From a bacterium (GTDB taxonomy: Bacteria > Patescibacteriota > Minisyncoccia > Minisyncoccales > CG1-02-41-26), in NCBI GenBank assembly GCA_030603395.1, contig JAUVXX010000001.1, forward strand, positions 29,822-93,821: a stretch of 64,000 bases of DNA. Direction: 5' to 3'. Both the position numbers and the translations under genes were made by a program. Of this stretch, positions 59,095 to 64,000 are shown in pieces (the stretch's first letter is position 1; every line of letters begins with the position of its first letter). The notes beneath the pieces are model-generated. The model was not told the origin of the DNA. It searched no databases and saw only the letters and a program-made list of their open reading frames with translations.

Positions 59095-60641
59095 TGGTTT
59101 CAAAAATTCTTTCGGCTGCTCTAAAAGGTCTCGCGACCCAGCTAATTGAGGTTGAGGTTGCCTGCTCCAAAGGATTGAGGTCTTTTAACGTTGTCGGGTT
59201 GGGAGACAAAGCGATTGGGGAAGCCAAAGAAAGAGTGGGGGCTGCCATCAAAACTATCAATCTCTCCCCACCCCATCATGAAGCTCGCAAGGTTCTGGTT
59301 AATCTTGCTCCAGCTGACTTGAAAAAAGAGGGGAGCTTGTATGACCTTCCCATTGCCTTAGGCTTTCTTTTGGCTTCAGAACAAACAAAATTTAATCCAG
59401 ACCAGAAACTTATTTTAGGAGAATTAGCTCTGGATGGAACTTTAAAACCAATTAAGGGAGCGCTCTCTTTCGCTCTCTTGGCCCGAGCAAAAGGATTTGA
59501 AGAGCTCATTTTACCCAAAGAGAACGCTAAAGAAGCAGCTTTGGTTAATCTTCTAAAAAGTCAGAGGGAGCTTAGTGTTATCGGAGTAGAAAATTTAAAA
59601 GAAGTTCTCGGTTATTTGGAAAAAAGAAAAGAAGTTCCTGAAGCTGAAATAAATTTTGCTGATTTAGAGAACCCGGAGGAAAATTTTGAAATTGAATTTG
59701 GCTGGATAAAGGGCCAGGAGCATAGTAAAAGAGGCATGGAAATTGCGGCGGCTGGAGCCCACCATGTCCTTTTGGAGGGGCCGCCCGGAGCCGGCAAAAC
59801 TTTGTTGGCTAAGGCCGCCATTTCCATCTTCCCTAAGCTGGATTTTGAAGAAATACTGGAATTAACCAAAATCTACAGCACCTGCGGGCTTTTGCCAGAG
59901 GACAAACCTTTTTTAACTCAAAGACCCTTTCGGGTCCCTCACCATACTTCATCAGAAGTTGCTCTGATTGGCGGTGGTTCCCCGCCCCTGCCAGGAGAGA
60001 TCACCTTGTCCCATCGAGGTGTTTTATTTTTGGACGAATTCCCCGAGTTTCACCGCGACGTTTTGGAAAGCTTGCGGCAACCCATTGAAGAAGGAAAAAT
60101 TACCATCCAGCGAGCCAAGCACTTCTCAGTCTTCCCGGCCAACTTCACCTTAATTGCCGCTGCCAATCCCTGTCCTTGCGGCTATCGCAATGACCCAGAA
60201 AAAGAATGCACCTGCACCTCCTCCCAAATCGCCTCCTATCGCAGAAAGTTATCCGGGCCCCTGATGGACAGAATTGACATATTCAGTTGGGTGCCTTCTC
60301 TAAAATACGCAGAGCTTATTTCGCCGGACCAAGAAAATTTAAGTGCCCAAACCAGAAGCAAAATTGAAAGGACCAGGGAGATTCAAAAAGAAAGATTTAA
60401 AGATGACAGAAATTTGACTAATTCAGAAATGATTATCCCTCAAATAAAAAAATACTGCCAGATTCGCAGTAGTTCTCAAAATATTTTAAGAAAATACGTT
60501 GATTCGGGGAAACTTTCGGCTCGCGGCTTTCATCGGGTTTTAAAGGTAGCCAGAACCATAGCTGATTTGGAAGGGAGAGACAATATTTCTTTTCAAGACG
60601 TTAATGAAGCTCTAAGCTATCGGCTGAGAGAAGAACAATAA
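59094..60641 (+). CDS. comM: YifB/ComM Mg-chelatase-like AAA+ ATPase
   Basis: VNLAPADLKKEG..DLPIA, GPPGAGKT, PHHT, LFLDEFPEF, NPCPCG, SARG. Confidence 0.94.
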   Translation: MVSKILSAALKGLATQLIEVEVACSKGLRSFNVVGLGDKAIGEAKERVGAAIKTINLSPPHHEARKVLVNLAPADLKKEGSLYDLPIALGFLLASEQTKFNPDQKLILGELALDGTLKPIKGALSFALLARAKGFEELILPKENAKEAALVNLLKSQRELSVIGVENLKEVLGYLEKRKEVPEAEINFADLENPEENFEIEFGWIKGQEHSKRGMEIAAAGAHHVLLEGPPGAGKTLLAKAAISIFPKLDFEEILELTKIYSTCGLLPEDKPFLTQRPFRVPHHTSSEVALIGGGSPPLPGEITLSHRGVLFLDEFPEFHRDVLESLRQPIEEGKITIQRAKHFSVFPANFTLIAAANPCPCGYRNDPEKECTCTSSQIASYRRKLSGPLMDRIDIFSWVPSLKYAELISPDQENLSAQTRSKIERTREIQKERFKDDRNLTNSEMIIPQIKKYCQIRSSSQNILRKYVDSGKLSARGFHRVLKVARTIADLEGRDNISFQDVNEALSYRLREEQ

Positions 60642-60642
60642 A

Positions 60643-61659
60643 CTATTTAGTCCATTTCAAATAACTTCCTACTGGGTATTTGCTTAAAAAGTTTCTTGCT
60701 CCTCTGACCTCAAAGTGAAGATGGCATCCTGTAACTCCTAGGGTGTAGCCAGTATTCCCGATCCTACCAATAATATTACCGGTAGTTACTTTCTGGTTGG
60801 GTTGAACCAAAATTTGAGAAAGATGTCCATAATAAGTGACTACCCCATTGAGGTGTAAAATAGTCACACTATTGCCCCCTACCCAAATTGGGCCTGCTCT
60901 CTGTACGATGCCTCCAGCCGCGGCTACCACCGGACTTCCGCAGTCGTTGCCGATGTCAACGGCACTGTCAAATGGTCCATGAGGCCCTTGAGTTATTTTT
61001 CCTTCACAGGGAAAAATGAAATAGGATTCAGCCAAGGGAATCTCAGCAAGCTGGGGAAGAATTCTAGGCATTTGGCCTCCAGGGATAATTAAGAGGTCAC
61101 CAATAAAAATATCGCCCTGGTTCGCGAGAGCGTTAAAGCTGACAACCTCGTCTGCTTCCGCTCCGTAAATTTGAGCGACTCCACTTAAGGCATCTCCTTC
61201 TTTAACTACGTGTAATATCCCAGAAACCGGCAGAATAATCAATTTCTGCCCGGGGCTAATCATGGAGTTTAGAGACAAGTCATTGGCCCAAAGGAGGGTT
61301 TCCAGGGAAATGTCAAATCGAGAAGCAATAGTAGAGAGAAAATCTCCCTCCTTCACCAGGTATTCTTCAATCTCTTTTTTGGGTTCAAATCCTCCCAAAA
61401 CTCCCAAAACTCTTCCCTGAACCAAGAAAGGGGGAGCTGAGGGCGCTAACAAAGAACTTTCAATGATGTTCAAATCAAAAATTCTCAAAGCCAAACCCTG
61501 TTCAGCTGAAAGATATTGAGTTCCATCAGCTATATCTCCCCTCAAAGAGAAATCCACCTTCTTTTCAAAGTAAGCTGTCCCGGTAAAACAAAGGAAAATA
61601 ATTACCAAAAGTCCTGCTATCCCTAAATAGAAAAGGGGAGATTTAGAAAACTTTATCAT
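60643..61659 (-). CDS. LysM + M23 family peptidase
   Basis: TM, two LysM domains, YYGHL, GNTG..TGCHLHFEV; likely ATG 61659 (track start 61677). Confidence 0.92.
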   Translation of the reverse strand: MIKFSKSPLFYLGIAGLLVIIFLCFTGTAYFEKKVDFSLRGDIADGTQYLSAEQGLALRIFDLNIIESSLLAPSAPPFLVQGRVLGVLGGFEPKKEIEEYLVKEGDFLSTIASRFDISLETLLWANDLSLNSMISPGQKLIILPVSGILHVVKEGDALSGVAQIYGAEADEVVSFNALANQGDIFIGDLLIIPGGQMPRILPQLAEIPLAESYFIFPCEGKITQGPHGPFDSAVDIGNDCGSPVVAAAGGIVQRAGPIWVGGNSVTILHLNGVVTYYGHLSQILVQPNQKVTTGNIIGRIGNTGYTLGVTGCHLHFEVRGARNFLSKYPVGSYLKWTK

Positions 61660-61708
61660 ACTGGAAACGTAATCCAAAACGACCTAAGAGTCAAGTCTTT
61701 TATCCACA

Positions 61709-61735
61709 TCCCCACACCTAATTTAGGTGTGGGGA
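61709..61735. repeat. Palindrome TCCCCACACCTAA-T-TTAGGTGTGGGGA
   Basis: Perfect 13-bp arms in the divergent intergenic region. Confidence 0.85.
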
Positions 61736-61775
61736 CACATCCCCTTTTTATCGCCCTTTTGTGATAAAATAAGAT

Positions 61776-62621
61776 ATGGACTTTGATTTGGTTTCAAAGA
61801 GGGTTGTTAAAAATTTACTCCGCCGCAAAGCCATCCGACCATCCAAGAGAATGGGTCAGCATTTTCTGGTACAGAAGACAGTTCTCCGTAAGATTATTGA
61901 AAGTTCTGAGTTGGAAACAAATGATATCGTCTTGGAAATAGGGGCGGGCCTGGGAACTTTAACGAGAGAACTGGCTCAAAGAGTTAAAAAAGTTGTGGCT
62001 GTTGAGAAAGACCCCAGGTTGGTAGAAATACTAAGAGAGACTTTGAGAGGCTTTAAAAACGTAGAAATTATCCAAGAAGATATCTTGAAGATTCATGATT
62101 CAAGATTCATGATTTATGAATCATATAAGATGGTCAGTAATCTTCCTTATAGTATCGCCACTGAGGTTATTAGGAAATTCATTGAATCCACAAACCCACC
62201 AAAGTTAATGGTGGTGATGGTTCAAAAAGAAGTGGGCAAGAGAATTTGTTCAAAGCCCCCCAAGATGGAAAGATTGGCAGTTTTGGTCGGAGCTTTGGCC
62301 CACGTCAAAATTTTAGATACTGTTAAAAAAAGTTCTTTTTGGCCCCAGCCCAAGGTAAATTCTGTAATTCTTCGAATTACACCGCTGATTTACGCTGATG
62401 AAAAGCTGATTACCGCTGATAAAGATCTGTTTAGAAGAATAGTTAAGGCTGGGTTTTCTCACCCCAGAAAACAATTAGCCAAAAATCTCTCTGAGGGTCT
62501 AAATCTTCCTCGTCAAAAAGTTAAAGATTGGCTTTTGGAAAACAATATTCAACCCACCCAGCGAGCCGAAAATTTAAGTTTGGGAGATTGGACTAACTTG
62601 ACCAAATCATTTAACGTTTGA
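61776..62621 (+). CDS. rsmA: 16S rRNA m6,2A dimethyltransferase
   Basis: MGQHFL, EIGAGLGTLT, SNLPY, MVQKEV, FWPQPKVNS, RAENL. Confidence 0.97.
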   Translation: MDFDLVSKRVVKNLLRRKAIRPSKRMGQHFLVQKTVLRKIIESSELETNDIVLEIGAGLGTLTRELAQRVKKVVAVEKDPRLVEILRETLRGFKNVEIIQEDILKIHDSRFMIYESYKMVSNLPYSIATEVIRKFIESTNPPKLMVVMVQKEVGKRICSKPPKMERLAVLVGALAHVKILDTVKKSSFWPQPKVNSVILRITPLIYADEKLITADKDLFRRIVKAGFSHPRKQLAKNLSEGLNLPRQKVKDWLLENNIQPTQRAENLSLGDWTNLTKSFNV

Positions 62622-62658
62622 CATTTGGATTTTGGATTTTGTTTGATATAATAATTTA

Positions 62659-64000
62659 ATGGCGAAACTATTCAAAAAAAACTTTTTCAAAATAACAATC
62701 ACTCTTGTCTTACTTTCTGTTGTCTTAGGAACGCTTTTGCCAATCCATCAAAGTTATGCCCAAACCCTTACTCCCTGGATTCCAATTAAGGCACTCGGTT
62801 CTTCAGCCGTCAAAGTAGCTCAAGCTATCTTAGGTTCTTTCCTTTGGCTCATTGTTTTTTTAGCTGAAGGGGTCTTGGCCATTGGTATTGCTCTTTTAAG
62901 CGGGGTCATTGGTTTTACTTTGAAAGGAGCTGTTTCTCTTACCAACCCGGCTAAAAATGAAATCATCAACATTGGCTGGACTTTAATCCGTGACTTTGTC
63001 AATATTGGCTTTATTTTGGGCTTGGTTTATATTGGTTTGGCGACCGCCTTGAGAATAGCTGGCTTTGAGCTGAAAAAAGTATTCCCCTGGTTTTTGATTA
63101 TGGCTCTTTTGATTAACTTCACCCCGGTTATCTGTGGAGTGGTGGTTGATGCGGCTAATATGGTCACTAAATTCTTCCTGGAAGCCATGGCTAACTGGAC
63201 CCTTCTTGGTGAAGTATTTAAACTTCATATGACTGGAATAGGAGATCTTTTTGGCGGTTTAGGTTGGGTTCCGGTGGCTAAATTTGCTTTCTTAATCGCC
63301 TTTGGCTTTGCGGCTGGCTTCGTGCTCCTTATTTTTGCTGTTTTACTTTTGCTCAGGGCTGTCGTTATTCCCATTCTGGTCATCTTTTCCCCCTTGGCGT
63401 TTCTGGCTTATATTTTTCCAAGGACCAGAAGCTATTTCACCCAATGGTGGAACCAACTTTTGCAATGGTCTTTTATCGGGGCCATCGGTGGATTCTTCCT
63501 TTATTTAAGTCGGCTGGCTCTTCGCCAACAAGCTGATTTTAGTTTCGCCATCCCCACAGAAGATCCTGCCCTGGGCACCTTTATGGAACAGATAGCCCCT
63601 TATTTTATGGCTGTTGCTTTTCTTATGGTGGGACTTTTCATTACTCTCAAAAGCAGCGCCATGGGCGCCAATATGGTAACAGGCTTTGCTAAAAAGCAAG
63701 GCATGAAAGCTCTGAAATGGGGAGGCAAGGCAATGGGAGGAGCTGGAGCAGCCACGGTCGGAGCAGTCAGAGGAGCGACAGCAGGAGAAGGTGTAAAAGG
63801 AAGGGCCTGGGAGGCTTTCAAAGGAGCAGTTACTCCAGGGGGTCGAGAAAAAGGAAGAGAAGTGGTAGAAGGGTTCCTTGAAAAAGCCCATCTGGTCAGA
63901 CCGGGATTTTACGAAAAAAGAAGAAGAGAACGCTGGAAATTAGGTGATTTAGTAAAAAGTTTCGAAAAACTTCCCATACCCAGACTCAATGAAATTATGA
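62659..64000 (+). CDS. Polytopic membrane protein, CPR VirB6/TrbL-like (runs off the window)
   Basis: Not in the track. ATG 62659 MAKLFKK...GWTLIRDFVNIGFIL...ALLINFTPVICGVVVD...SPLAF...WWNQLLQW; frame open at the window end. Confidence 0.75.
   Translation, partial: MAKLFKKNFFKITITLVLLSVVLGTLLPIHQSYAQTLTPWIPIKALGSSAVKVAQAILGSFLWLIVFLAEGVLAIGIALLSGVIGFTLKGAVSLTNPAKNEIINIGWTLIRDFVNIGFILGLVYIGLATALRIAGFELKKVFPWFLIMALLINFTPVICGVVVDAANMVTKFFLEAMANWTLLGEVFKLHMTGIGDLFGGLGWVPVAKFAFLIAFGFAAGFVLLIFAVLLLLRAVVIPILVIFSPLAFLAYIFPRTRSYFTQWWNQLLQWSFIGAIGGFFLYLSRLALRQQADFSFAIPTEDPALGTFMEQIAPYFMAVAFLMVGLFITLKSSAMGANMVTGFAKKQGMKALKWGGKAMGGAGAATVGAVRGATAGEGVKGRAWEAFKGAVTPGGREKGREVVEGFLEKAHLVRPGFYEKRRRERWKLGDLVKSFEKLPIPRLNEIM

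Noticed and set aside
42824-61708. DnaA boxes (TTATCCACA at ~42824 and ~61700; variant ~55795) as oriC
   Set aside because: Isolated single boxes with no cluster and no dnaA/dnaN; at most promoter-associated sites.
62820-63891. Short track ORFs at the right end
   Set aside because: Superseded by one long plus-strand ORF from 62659 that runs off the window.
1-64000. Alternative genetic code (TGA=Gly) as in Gracilibacteria/Absconditabacteria
   Set aside because: Conserved genes are full length in code 11, and TGA acts as a normal stop (e.g. rsmA, tig, yraN).

Overview
Bacterial genomic window, probably Patescibacteria/Parcubacteria. This is an inference from CPR-type pilin, VirB6-like membrane protein, cohesin/WxL surface genes and palindromic repeats; standard code 11 fits. 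Block 1 (1-20.4 kb, open at the left edge) is a greatly expanded His-Xaa-Ser (Hxs) RiPP-type cluster. It has at least 12 radical SAM genes, HxsD and an HxsD-like protein, and two signal-peptide-bearing precursors with 27 and 50 HxS triplets; the longer one is fused to a ~345-aa folded domain. It also has two putative ABBA/cyanobactin-F-like prenyltransferases, a HemN-like enzyme, membrane-anchored accessory proteins and an inserted beta-barrel-like gene. Block 2 (20.4-35.8 kb) is housekeeping: clpP, tig, membrane pyrophosphatase, DksA-like protein, pnp, NYN protein, rpsO, CCA enzyme, a MacAB-type exporter and four tRNAs. Block 3 (35.9-57 kb) is a cell-surface locus with three cohesin proteins, a dockerin protein, WxL-like/DUF916-like proteins and a ~3.9-kaa HTH-headed giant protein. 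Block 4 holds yraN, nusA, comM, a LysM-M23 peptidase, rsmA and a partial VirB6-like gene. The best novelty candidate is the Hxs cluster, which may make an exported, heavily modified and possibly prenylated His-Ser polymer or protein. All family calls come from motif recognition by eye; no searches were run.
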